Assembly (NCBI GenBank): GCA_014382685.1 | Contig: JACNJG010000035.1 | Location: 1-15,883 of the forward strand | DNA from: Candidatus Cloacimonadota bacterium | GTDB lineage: Bacteria; Cloacimonadota; Cloacimonadia; JGIOTU-2 | Reading direction: 5' to 3' | DNA: 15,883 bases | Part shown: piece after piece, positions 5,805 to 13,242 of the stretch | How positions within the stretch are numbered: the first letter of the stretch is position 1 | Layout: every line of letters begins with the position of its first letter | Position numbers and translations under genes: made by a program | The notes under the pieces: model-generated | The model's input: the letters and a program-made list of their open reading frames with translations, nothing else | Database searches by the model: none | What the model was told of the DNA's origin: nothing

Positions 5805-6548
5805 CCTTTCATCGAAATACCCATCAAAATTATGAATGAGGGGTTCGTTATTAAGAATCCTTTTAGGGTTTTCATAAAAAAGGATTTGTGCAATTTCTTC
5901 AGAATGATTTGAGGCGACAAAATCATAGGCATCTTTCATAAGTATCGGTCGCTTTTTTAAACCATGTACATCCGAAGCAATAACATGGACACATCCGATA
6001 TTGAGCATCTCCAATGCCAAGTTCTTCACTACATTACCATACACACCCAGAATACTTCCACTATTCATTTGAATATATATTTCCCTATTTACTATCGTGA
6101 GCAGGTAGTCGATATTGTTCATAAAAGGTGAAAATCTCTCTGCATGTGCTAGAATTGGTCGAAATCCTTCTTGTTGAAAGTTAAAAAGGATCTCTTCAAA
6201 ATTATCTGGAAAACGTTGCAGTTCAGTTTCAATAAGTATATAATTGCTGTTTGCAAGTGTAAGGTTTTCATCTTTTACTTTGCTGATCACATCCGGTTCG
6301 CAATAGAGTTCTGCACCGGGATGGATTTTAATACTAAGTTCCCGCTCTTGTATAAGATCTTGTACTTCAATAAGCTTTCTGTCAATTATACTGCGAGTGT
6401 TTTCATACACACCGGAAATGATATGCGGCGTAGCGACAAGTTCAGTTACTCCCTGATTGACAAGTGCTTGTAATATTTCAAAGCTCTCAGACATATCCTG
6501 TGCTCCGTCATCGATTCCCGGAAGTACGTGAGTATGAATATCTATCAT
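5754..6548 (-). CDS. PHP-domain metal-dependent phosphoesterase, CpsB/YwqE (CapC) tyrosine-phosphatase family
   Basis: 264-aa ORF with ATG start and TAA stop. All four family motifs are present: MIDIHTHVLPGIDDGA (H-x-H-x-LPG-x-DDG), VATPH, LAHAERF, IASDVHG. It starts 5 nt after the GGGPS stop, so it is probably co-transcribed. Confidence 0.85.
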   Translation of the reverse strand: MIDIHTHVLPGIDDGAQDMSESFEILQALVNQGVTELVATPHIISGVYENTRSIIDRKLIEVQDLIQERELSIKIHPGAELYCEPDVISKVKDENLTLANSNYILIETELQRFPDNFEEILFNFQQEGFRPILAHAERFSPFMNNIDYLLTIVNREIYIQMNSGSILGVYGNVVKNLALEMLNIGCVHVIASDVHGLKKRPILMKDAYDFVASNHSEEIAQILFYENPKRILNNEPLIHNFDGYFDERKKPGSLKNKLKSIFKL

Positions 6549-6553
6549 ATCAG

Positions 6554-7300
6554 CTATAAATGAATTGCGTCTGCAAATTCTTTTATTAGATCGGTCTGAT
6601 TGTTCTTTTCAATGGCAGTGCCAATCACTATAAAATCTGCGCCTGCAGATACTTTTTCTCGGGCTTCCTCAGGAGTTCTTATACCACCGCCGATTATCAT
6701 TGGAATGGAAATATTTTCTTTAACTTTCATGATCATTTCTGTTGGGACTGACTGTTTTGCTCCGCTTCCAGCATCAAAGAAGATAATCTTCATGCCAAGA
6801 TATTGAGCTGCAAGTGCATGTGAAGCTGCGATGTCGTATTTGGTTCTTGGTATTGGCAAGCTGTTGCTCATAAACTGTACTGAAGTTAGTGAACCGGATT
6901 CTATCAGAAAGTAACCTGTGGGAATTGCCTCGACCGCGTATTTTTTTATGAGAGGTGCTGTCCGAACCTGCTCTCCGATAAGCAATTGTGGATTTCTGCT
7001 GCTCATCATACTGAGGAAAAGGATCGCATCAGCATAGGGAGAGACAAAGTTGAAGATTCCGGGAAACACAAGTACAGGAACGGATACCTTTTCTTTGATG
7101 ACCCTTACAGTTTCATCAAAATTATCTTTGATCATCAAGCTGCCGCCAACCAAAATCACGTCAACACCATTGATCTGGCATTTTTCAGCAAGCTTTGCAG
7201 ATTCTACTGGCTCTTGCTTATCAGGATCAATAAGACAGAAGAAGCCGGCTTTTTTTTCACTCTTAAGTGAATATAAAAATTGTAACATGTTGTCTTTCAT
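6554..7300 (-). CDS. Geranylgeranylglyceryl phosphate synthase (GGGPS/PcrB family, TIM barrel)
   Basis: The ORF track gives 6554..7312. I prefer ATG 7300..7298 (MKDNMLQF...), which forms an ATGA overlap with the upstream TGA stop. Motifs: FFCLIDPDK, VILVGGS, PVLVFPG, FLSMMSSRNPQLLIGEQ, GYFLIESGS, FFDAGSGA, IIGGGIRTPEEAREKVSAGADFIVIGTAIE (standard phosphate-binding end of the barrel). TAG stop. Confidence 0.85.
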   Translation of the reverse strand: MKDNMLQFLYSLKSEKKAGFFCLIDPDKQEPVESAKLAEKCQINGVDVILVGGSLMIKDNFDETVRVIKEKVSVPVLVFPGIFNFVSPYADAILFLSMMSSRNPQLLIGEQVRTAPLIKKYAVEAIPTGYFLIESGSLTSVQFMSNSLPIPRTKYDIAASHALAAQYLGMKIIFFDAGSGAKQSVPTEMIMKVKENISIPMIIGGGIRTPEEAREKVSAGADFIVIGTAIEKNNQTDLIKEFADAIHL

Positions 7301-8133
7301 TGTGCCACCCATAAAATAACTAAAAATATTAGCATGTGTACTTTCATGAAACTTTCCGAATATTTTGCTGTTTTTGCGATTGGTTTAACTACAAGAACTA
7401 TCAGATCAATTAGAAGCAAAAATACGATTACAATCAATAATAATATGAAGAATGTTGAAGAATAAAATTCCGGATATCCCCAAATAATTGTTGCTGCGAA
7501 TCCTATCCAGAAAAGCAGTGAGAGCAGAAGTGTTTTTTTGTCACCCCACAAAAGCGGAAGAGTTTTTGCACCCGCAGAACTGTCGCCATTTTTATCTTCG
7601 ATATCCTTAACGAGCTCTCTTATCAGAGTATAGAAAAATGCACAGAGTGCTGCAAAGAATGCGTTTCTGAGATTGTGTGTAATAAAGCTTCCAAACACAA
7701 AGGTGGAGGCGGTCACGAAGGCGACAAGCAGATTTCCCCAGAAATGTATTCTTTTACTTTTCATGGCATAAACATATAGCAGGAATGAATTGAAAGCAGC
7801 GATCGCGATCATCCACAGATTTCGTAAAAAGATACTAATAATTATTCCAGTAATAAAAAGGCAGATCGCATAATATTTTGCCCTTGTGGGAGAAATCATA
7901 CCTGAGGGTAAAATTCTTTCTTTCCGATTGATCATATCGATTGAATAATCGTAGTAATCATTGATCACATAACCTCCTCCTGAGATAAGTGCTGCTGCAA
8001 TGCCTGCAAGAAGGGGATAAAAAATCGGATATGCTGTCACTTTGTAGTAGGCGCCGAAAAGGACTGCGATCAAAACAAACAGAAAATTCAGCGGTCTGAG
8101 GATACGAATATATGCCCAAATGCTTTGTATCAC
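7297..8133 (-). CDS. UbiA-family prenyltransferase, digeranylgeranylglyceryl phosphate (DGGGP) synthase-like
   Basis: 278-aa polytopic membrane ORF. First Asp-rich motif NDYYDYSIDMINRKERILPSG (aa 58-77) and second DIEDKNGDSSAGAKTLP (aa 177-193), as in UbiA prenyltransferases. Size and operon context match DGGGPS. GTG start (8133..8131) shares one base with the upstream TAG. TGA stop at 7299..7297. Confidence 0.75.
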   Translation of the reverse strand: MIQSIWAYIRILRPLNFLFVLIAVLFGAYYKVTAYPIFYPLLAGIAAALISGGGYVINDYYDYSIDMINRKERILPSGMISPTRAKYYAICLFITGIIISIFLRNLWMIAIAAFNSFLLYVYAMKSKRIHFWGNLLVAFVTASTFVFGSFITHNLRNAFFAALCAFFYTLIRELVKDIEDKNGDSSAGAKTLPLLWGDKKTLLLSLLFWIGFAATIIWGYPEFYSSTFFILLLIVIVFLLLIDLIVLVVKPIAKTAKYSESFMKVHMLIFLVILWVAQ

Positions 8134-9020
8134 TAGGGAATTCTATCATGAATGCGTTCTACAATTTCCAGGAGAACTTGATTATTGGGAATATATTTTA
8201 TGATATTCTGTGCATCTTGGATGAGTTTTAGAGCTTGTCGCTTTGATTCTTCAATACCAAGAAGCGTAGGATAGGTGACTTTTTCATTGCGCTGATCTTC
8301 ACCTGATTCCTTTTCCAGCAGATCGTCTGCTCCAACTTCATCGAGAATATCATCGATAACCTGATACGCAAGTCCGATATTCAGTGCGAAGTCACTTAAC
8401 GCATTGGTGATCTGCTCTGTGGCATTTGCTAAAATACAAGCGCAACGCTCTGCTGCACGTAGAAGGGCACCTGTTTTTTTGAGGTGAATATCTCTCAAGA
8501 TATGCAGTTTGACTCTTCTCTGCGAAGAAGTAATATCAACCACCTGTCCGCCGATCATGCCTCTTGTGGATACAGCTTCGACGAGTTCTTCAAGGCATTG
8601 GATCGCTTTTTTGCTGTTGCGAAGCTTGAGAACTGTCTCGAATCCCTTTGTCATGAGCGCATCGCCGGTGAGTACAGCAATTGCATTCCCGAATTTTTTA
8701 TGACAGCTTGGCTTTCCACGTCGTTCATCAGCGTTATCAATAAAAGGCAGATCATCATGGACAAGCGAAGCAGTATGAAGCATTTCAATCGCACAGGCGA
8801 CTGGAAGAGCCTGCTGTATAGTCCTTTTATCACGCCTGTTCATAAGCATCTCATAGGTCGCAAGCATCAATGTAGGACGTAAACGTTTTCCTCCAGCCAA
8901 CACAGAATATCTCATCGCACGATGAATTATCTCCGGTTTTGTGTTATCAGAATCGAGATATTTCGCAAGAGATTTATTGATAAGCTCTCTTCTGTTTTCA
9001 AAATATTTATCTATAATCAA
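8133..9020 (-). CDS. Short-chain trans-polyprenyl diphosphate synthase, predicted geranylgeranyl diphosphate (GGPP) synthase
   Basis: 295-aa ORF. FARM is HDDLPFIDNADERRGKPSCH (DDxxxxD with the 2-residue insertion of type-II short-chain enzymes). SARM is YQVIDDILD. Ala84/Ser85 sit at positions -5/-4 before the FARM, where bacterial FPP synthases carry Tyr/Phe. TTG start at 9020..9018 lies behind a perfect AGGAGG. TAG stop. Confidence 0.8.
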   Translation of the reverse strand: MIIDKYFENRRELINKSLAKYLDSDNTKPEIIHRAMRYSVLAGGKRLRPTLMLATYEMLMNRRDKRTIQQALPVACAIEMLHTASLVHDDLPFIDNADERRGKPSCHKKFGNAIAVLTGDALMTKGFETVLKLRNSKKAIQCLEELVEAVSTRGMIGGQVVDITSSQRRVKLHILRDIHLKKTGALLRAAERCACILANATEQITNALSDFALNIGLAYQVIDDILDEVGADDLLEKESGEDQRNEKVTYPTLLGIEESKRQALKLIQDAQNIIKYIPNNQVLLEIVERIHDRIP

Positions 9021-9024
9021 CTAT

Positions 9025-9030
9025 CCTCCT
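9025..9030 (-). promoter_or_regulatory. Shine-Dalgarno sequence (AGGAGG) for the polyprenyl synthase gene
   Basis: On the minus strand AGGAGG-ATAG-TTG, a 4-nt spacer to the TTG start at 9020. There is no in-frame ATG near the N-terminus. Confidence 0.6.
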
Positions 9031-9110
9031 AAGATTAGGAACTTATTGAAATGTGTATAAGTTGTAATTTCTTGTCAAATTTTCCAGCATCAATTGGCAT
9101 TTGACTTCCT

Positions 9111-11492
9111 TTATAAAAGAGAAATGGGGTCGATATCAATCTGCATTTTTATATAGTTTGGAATTGTCACATTACTTTGTAACCATTCAAAAAAGCGGTT
9201 AATATCTTGTTGATGTTCAGCTTTTATCAATATATGATAACGATACTGTTTTCTGATTTTGCTTATAGGTGCAGGTGTCGGGCTGAGAATAATAAATTTA
9301 TCTTTTTGGGGATATCTGGCGATCTTTCTCTTCACTACATCCATATATGAGCGAAGCCGCTCTTCATTATTTAGCATAAACAGTATGCGGGCAAGTTTGG
9401 TAGATGGAGGATAGTGAAGCTCCTGCCTGAGGTGAAGTTCGTATTCGTAGAAACCCATAAAGTTCTGTTTCCGGGCATATTGAATGCTGTAGTGTTTGGG
9501 ATTAAAGGTTTGAACGATCACCTCGCCTTCTTTTTCACTGCGCCCTGCTCGCCCTGCCACTTGAATGATATGCTGAAAATTTCGCTCCGATGCTCTGAAA
9601 TCAGGAAGGTTGAGATTTACATCTGCAGAAACGATGCCAACTAAAGTTATGTTCGGAAAATCAAGTCCTTTGATGATCATTTGTGTGCCGAGCAGAATAT
9701 CGATGTAGCCATTATGAACCTGATCAAATATATTTTGAAAGCTGTTCTTTTTCTTTGTAGTATCTGTATCCATTCGAGCAATTCTTGCAGTCGGGAAAAG
9801 GAACTGCAGGTTCTGTTCGATCTTCTCAGTACCTGGTGAGCCAAAATTAAAGATATATCCTCCGCATTCAGGGCAAGTGCGCGGCATGGAGCGTTCATAT
9901 CCGCAGTAATGACATTTGATCTTGTTATTTCTGGAATGATAGGTCATGCTGATGTTACAATCCTTGCATTGCAGCACATGACCGCATTTTACGCACTGCA
10001 CATAAGAAGCATATCCTCTGCGATTTTGAAAGAGAAGTATCTGCTCCTTTTTATTGAGCCGATCTTCGATCTTGTCTTTAAGAATCTTAGAAAAAATCTC
10101 TGTGTGATCTTCCTCCTGCCGCATATCGACTATTGTTAGATTAGGAAGTATCTGATTCTTCACCCTTTTACTCATGGTAAGAAGAGAATATTTTTTATTT
10201 TGAGTATTGTAATATGACTCAAGATAAGGAGTTGCGGTTCCCAGAAGAACGACAGCATTATTCATTTTTCCCCTAAGAACTGCCATATCACGCGCATTAT
10301 AAAGAGGTGGTCGCTCATGCTGTTTGTATGTGTTTTCGTGCTCTTCATCAACAATAATAAGCCCAATATTCTCAAGCGGAGCAAAGAGCGCACTTCTTGG
10401 ACCGATAGCTATCTTTCTTTCACCTTTTTTCAGAAGGTTCCAGTAATGCAAGCGTTCCCTGTCACTGAGCTTGCTGTGCAGTACTGCAATGATGTCCCCA
10501 AAGTGGGAATAGAATCTCTCAACGGTCTGCGGAGTTAAGGAGATTTCCGGAATGAGAAGTATCGCTGTTTTCCCATAAGAAAGTGCTTTTTTCATCGCAC
10601 GAATATAGACTTCGGTTTTTCCGCTCGAAGTTACTCCATAGAGAAGAAAGGTGTGAAAATTCTGTTCATCTATCTGGGCTTCTAATTTTTCCAAAACTTC
10701 AGTTTGCTCTTCTGTAAGCTCGAAAGTAACAGGTTTGCGCTGCACAATATTTGAAAAAATATCCGGATGAATTTCTTTCTTATATATCTCAATTAGATTT
10801 GTCTTTTTTAATTTATTAATGATGCTGTAAGAAAATTTTTTTGAAATGTCTGCCATGAAGATCGGTTCGGGGTGGTTTTGTAGATAATTCCAAAGTTCCT
10901 GCTGCTTGGGACTGAGAGACTCATCAGATGAGTCTGAAATAAGCTTAATGCAGTTCACAACTTTTTTCTGAATTTTTCTCTTATATTGACGCTCGATCTC
11001 GATCAGTCCCAGCTCCTCCATTTCGAGGAGATTTTTATACAGAGGAGAAATTTTTGATTTTTTCAAATCTTCTATGGTGCAGGCATCACCATTTTTCTCT
11101 ATATATTTGATAATTTTCAGGAAGTTTATGTTTTCAGATTTAGGATTCCTCAGTATAATTTTTTGAATTGTATTTACATTTATACCTGCAGGCAGCATTG
11201 CCTTGAAGACAAGTCCGATAGGGCAGTGGTAATACTTTGAAATCCACTGTGCAAAGGTGAAAAGCTCTTTATTGATGAGAGGTTTCTCGTCGATAATTTC
11301 GTGGATTTCCTTTATCTTGGCTTCATCATAAGCAGGTTTCTCTAACAGTCCAATAATGATCCCTGTCTGAATTCGGTAATTGAAATCCACAATCACGCGC
11401 TGCCCGATTTGAGGTGAAACGTTCTTCGGATAGGAATAAGTAAAGGTTTCCTGAATATTAATAGGTAGAGCAACTTCGATATAATTTTTCAT
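9111..11492 (-). CDS. priA: Primosomal protein N' (replication restart DNA helicase PriA)
   Basis: 793-aa ORF with ATG start and TAA stop. Walker A LLYGVTSSGKTEVY, DExH box IIVDEEHE, GTATPYLES, QVAGRAGR, and the PriA-specific Cys-rich zinc module CVKCGHVLQCKDCNISMTYHSRNNKIKCHYCGY...CPECGG. Confidence 0.95.
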   Translation of the reverse strand: MKNYIEVALPINIQETFTYSYPKNVSPQIGQRVIVDFNYRIQTGIIIGLLEKPAYDEAKIKEIHEIIDEKPLINKELFTFAQWISKYYHCPIGLVFKAMLPAGINVNTIQKIILRNPKSENINFLKIIKYIEKNGDACTIEDLKKSKISPLYKNLLEMEELGLIEIERQYKRKIQKKVVNCIKLISDSSDESLSPKQQELWNYLQNHPEPIFMADISKKFSYSIINKLKKTNLIEIYKKEIHPDIFSNIVQRKPVTFELTEEQTEVLEKLEAQIDEQNFHTFLLYGVTSSGKTEVYIRAMKKALSYGKTAILLIPEISLTPQTVERFYSHFGDIIAVLHSKLSDRERLHYWNLLKKGERKIAIGPRSALFAPLENIGLIIVDEEHENTYKQHERPPLYNARDMAVLRGKMNNAVVLLGTATPYLESYYNTQNKKYSLLTMSKRVKNQILPNLTIVDMRQEEDHTEIFSKILKDKIEDRLNKKEQILLFQNRRGYASYVQCVKCGHVLQCKDCNISMTYHSRNNKIKCHYCGYERSMPRTCPECGGYIFNFGSPGTEKIEQNLQFLFPTARIARMDTDTTKKKNSFQNIFDQVHNGYIDILLGTQMIIKGLDFPNITLVGIVSADVNLNLPDFRASERNFQHIIQVAGRAGRSEKEGEVIVQTFNPKHYSIQYARKQNFMGFYEYELHLRQELHYPPSTKLARILFMLNNEERLRSYMDVVKRKIARYPQKDKFIILSPTPAPISKIRKQYRYHILIKAEHQQDINRFFEWLQSNVTIPNYIKMQIDIDPISLL

Positions 11493-11532
11493 AATTTATT
11501 TACATAAAATAATTTTTTTACAATTTTGAGCC

Positions 11533-11901
11533 ATGAATAATAAGGAATTAGCAATTTTTGGCGAAGACACAGCAGTTCAGTTCCTTACGAGTAATGGCTA
11601 TACCGTTATAGAACGCAATTATCACTCACCATATGGTGAGATCGATATTATCTGTAATCGGGATGGAGAGCTCATCTTCGTGGAAGTCAAGGCACGAAGA
11701 TCGCACTCCTTTGGAGAGCCATTGGACGCTGTCACGGAAAGCAAAAGGCAAAAGATCATTAAAACTGCCTACCATTATATCGCAAAAAAAGATGTCGAAA
11801 TACCAGTTAGATTTGACATTATTACACTTGATTATGACAAAATTTCAAAAGATTATTCTTTATGCCACATTGAAAATGCATTCCTTGGAGAAGATTACTA
11901 A
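11533..11901 (+). CDS. yraN: YraN family (UPF0102) endonuclease-like protein
   Basis: 122-aa ORF. GEDTAVQFLTSNGYTVIERNYHSPYGEIDIICNRDGELIFVEVKARRS...GEPLDAVTESKRQKIIKTAYHYI reproduces the family pattern GE-x-A-x-x-L ... RN-x-x-x-x-GEIDII ... FVEVK-R. Divergent from priA with a 40-nt gap. Confidence 0.9.
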   Translation: MNNKELAIFGEDTAVQFLTSNGYTVIERNYHSPYGEIDIICNRDGELIFVEVKARRSHSFGEPLDAVTESKRQKIIKTAYHYIAKKDVEIPVRFDIITLDYDKISKDYSLCHIENAFLGEDY

Positions 11902-11907
11902 GAATTA

Positions 11908-13242
11908 CTATTGCAGTTCGTTTTCATCAAAATATGGTCCTAAATAATCCTGCCAGTTCGGATCGCCGAACTCAAATTCGTCATTTTCGACATAAACCAG
12001 TTTATAATTTCCCAATTTGGTGAAATCCACAAATATATAGATACGTTTTCCGCCAAGATAATATTTCCAGATGATGTAGGGTTTTGCATGATATTCGTAG
12101 CTTTTGTCAATAACTTCTTCGGGCTTTCCCCGACGTATGTAAATTCTACCTCTATCGGATTTCCAACCATCGCCATAATGAGAAAATTTTCTATTCGCAT
12201 AGTTCACGCGACGAGTGATTTCTTCTTTGTATTCATTCTGTTCTGTTTTTGGATTTGGGTCATTCTTCTCCCAAAAACGCTTGAGAAATTCAACACGTCC
12301 TTCATCGTCCAGATTCTTAAAAACCCGTTCTTCATAGTTCGTCAGAAAATATTTGGCGTAACGATATTCCTTATCAATTTCAGCTTTTGAAATGCTTTCC
12401 CGGGTATCTTGAATAAAAATTAGTTCTTCTCGCGATGCAACCGGTTCATCAGAATTATCATTTGAGTAGAGTTTCAGCGATAAAGTATAAGTTCCGGTAT
12501 CCCATTGGGAGATGGGTATCCATTCCCAGAATGGTTTTGTCGAATTGGTAGATGAAAACTCTTTTTCTTCATCATACACAGAGTTTTGGTCTTTATTTTG
12601 AACGGTTAAAATCCATTTGCCTTCTAACGGCTTTTCTTCAGTTGTCACATTTTGAAATACTTCAAAATAATACGTGAAGCCCTCATCCTTAATAGGATCA
12701 AAAAGATGATTCGGGTTTACAAGGAACAGGACATTATCCCGTTTGAAATCTTGGAATCGTGTTGTAGAGTCGCTCTGATGAAAAGAGCTTATCTCTATAT
12801 CACTCAAATTCATATGAGAAAATTCGAGGGTATGAAATGTTTTTTCCCAGGTTAAGCTTTCTTTGTTAACCCTGTCCTGAATATCGATCGTGAACTTGTA
12901 TAAGCCGGGGGTAACAGTTGCTTTTACCTTATCAATAAAAAACTCATCATGGTAAATAGAGGTTTTGTCCAGGTCAACTTTGATCTGTCTGATAAAATCT
13001 TTATGATACAGCTCCTGTCCATCAGCATTATAGATGTCGAAATTTACCAGCAGTTGAGTAATGAGGATATTATCCTGTGCAGTGAAATCAAGATTGGAAT
13101 CGAAGACCTTGTAGGTTATCTCGAAAGTTGTATTCTCATTTTCAGCAGGAAAGCAGTTGCAGTCGAAAAACACATTCAGTTCTGCAATGAGAAAAATTGG
13201 AATGAATACAAGGATAAAGGTTAATAACAATTTATTTTTCAT
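11908..13242 (-). CDS. GWxTD domain-containing protein (secreted or membrane-anchored, function unknown)
   Basis: 444-aa ORF. N-terminal signal/anchor MKNKLLLTFILVFIPIFLIA. C-terminal signature RFWEKNDPNPKTEQNEYKEEITRRVNYANRKFSHYGDGWKSDRGRIYIRRGKPEEV...YIIWKY (GWxTDRG core). ATG 13242..13240 overlaps the dnaE 3' end by 11 nt. TAG stop. Confidence 0.85.
   Translation of the reverse strand: MKNKLLLTFILVFIPIFLIAELNVFFDCNCFPAENENTTFEITYKVFDSNLDFTAQDNILITQLLVNFDIYNADGQELYHKDFIRQIKVDLDKTSIYHDEFFIDKVKATVTPGLYKFTIDIQDRVNKESLTWEKTFHTLEFSHMNLSDIEISSFHQSDSTTRFQDFKRDNVLFLVNPNHLFDPIKDEGFTYYFEVFQNVTTEEKPLEGKWILTVQNKDQNSVYDEEKEFSSTNSTKPFWEWIPISQWDTGTYTLSLKLYSNDNSDEPVASREELIFIQDTRESISKAEIDKEYRYAKYFLTNYEERVFKNLDDEGRVEFLKRFWEKNDPNPKTEQNEYKEEITRRVNYANRKFSHYGDGWKSDRGRIYIRRGKPEEVIDKSYEYHAKPYIIWKYYLGGKRIYIFVDFTKLGNYKLVYVENDEFEFGDPNWQDYLGPYFDENELQ

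Noticed and set aside
8484-8882. ORFs overlapping the polyprenyl synthase gene (8484..8882 +, 8509..8703 +, 8651..8833 -), and similar shadow ORFs within priA, dnaE, GGGPS, the PHP gene and the GWxTD gene
   Set aside because: They are shadow ORFs opposite or out of frame to genes with unambiguous family motifs, and none shows recognisable motifs of its own.
9073-9105. Hairpin and TTGACA hexamer between priA and the polyprenyl synthase, as a terminator/promoter pair
   Set aside because: The stem is 7 bp, AT-rich, has an 18-nt loop and lacks a U-tract. The hexamer has no acceptable -10 at a 16-18 nt spacing. It is kept only as a low-interest note.
11633-11947. 104-aa plus-strand ORF overlapping yraN in another frame and running into the GWxTD gene
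   Set aside because: The yraN frame carries the complete UPF0102 signature. This alternative frame has no motifs and would bridge two convergent genes.
11955-11972. Perfect 7-bp hairpin AGTTCGG-ATCG-CCGAACT 54 nt downstream of yraN, as a possible terminator
   Set aside because: It lies inside the GWxTD coding region (encoding GDPNW) and has no adjacent U-tract in either orientation. It is too short to call.
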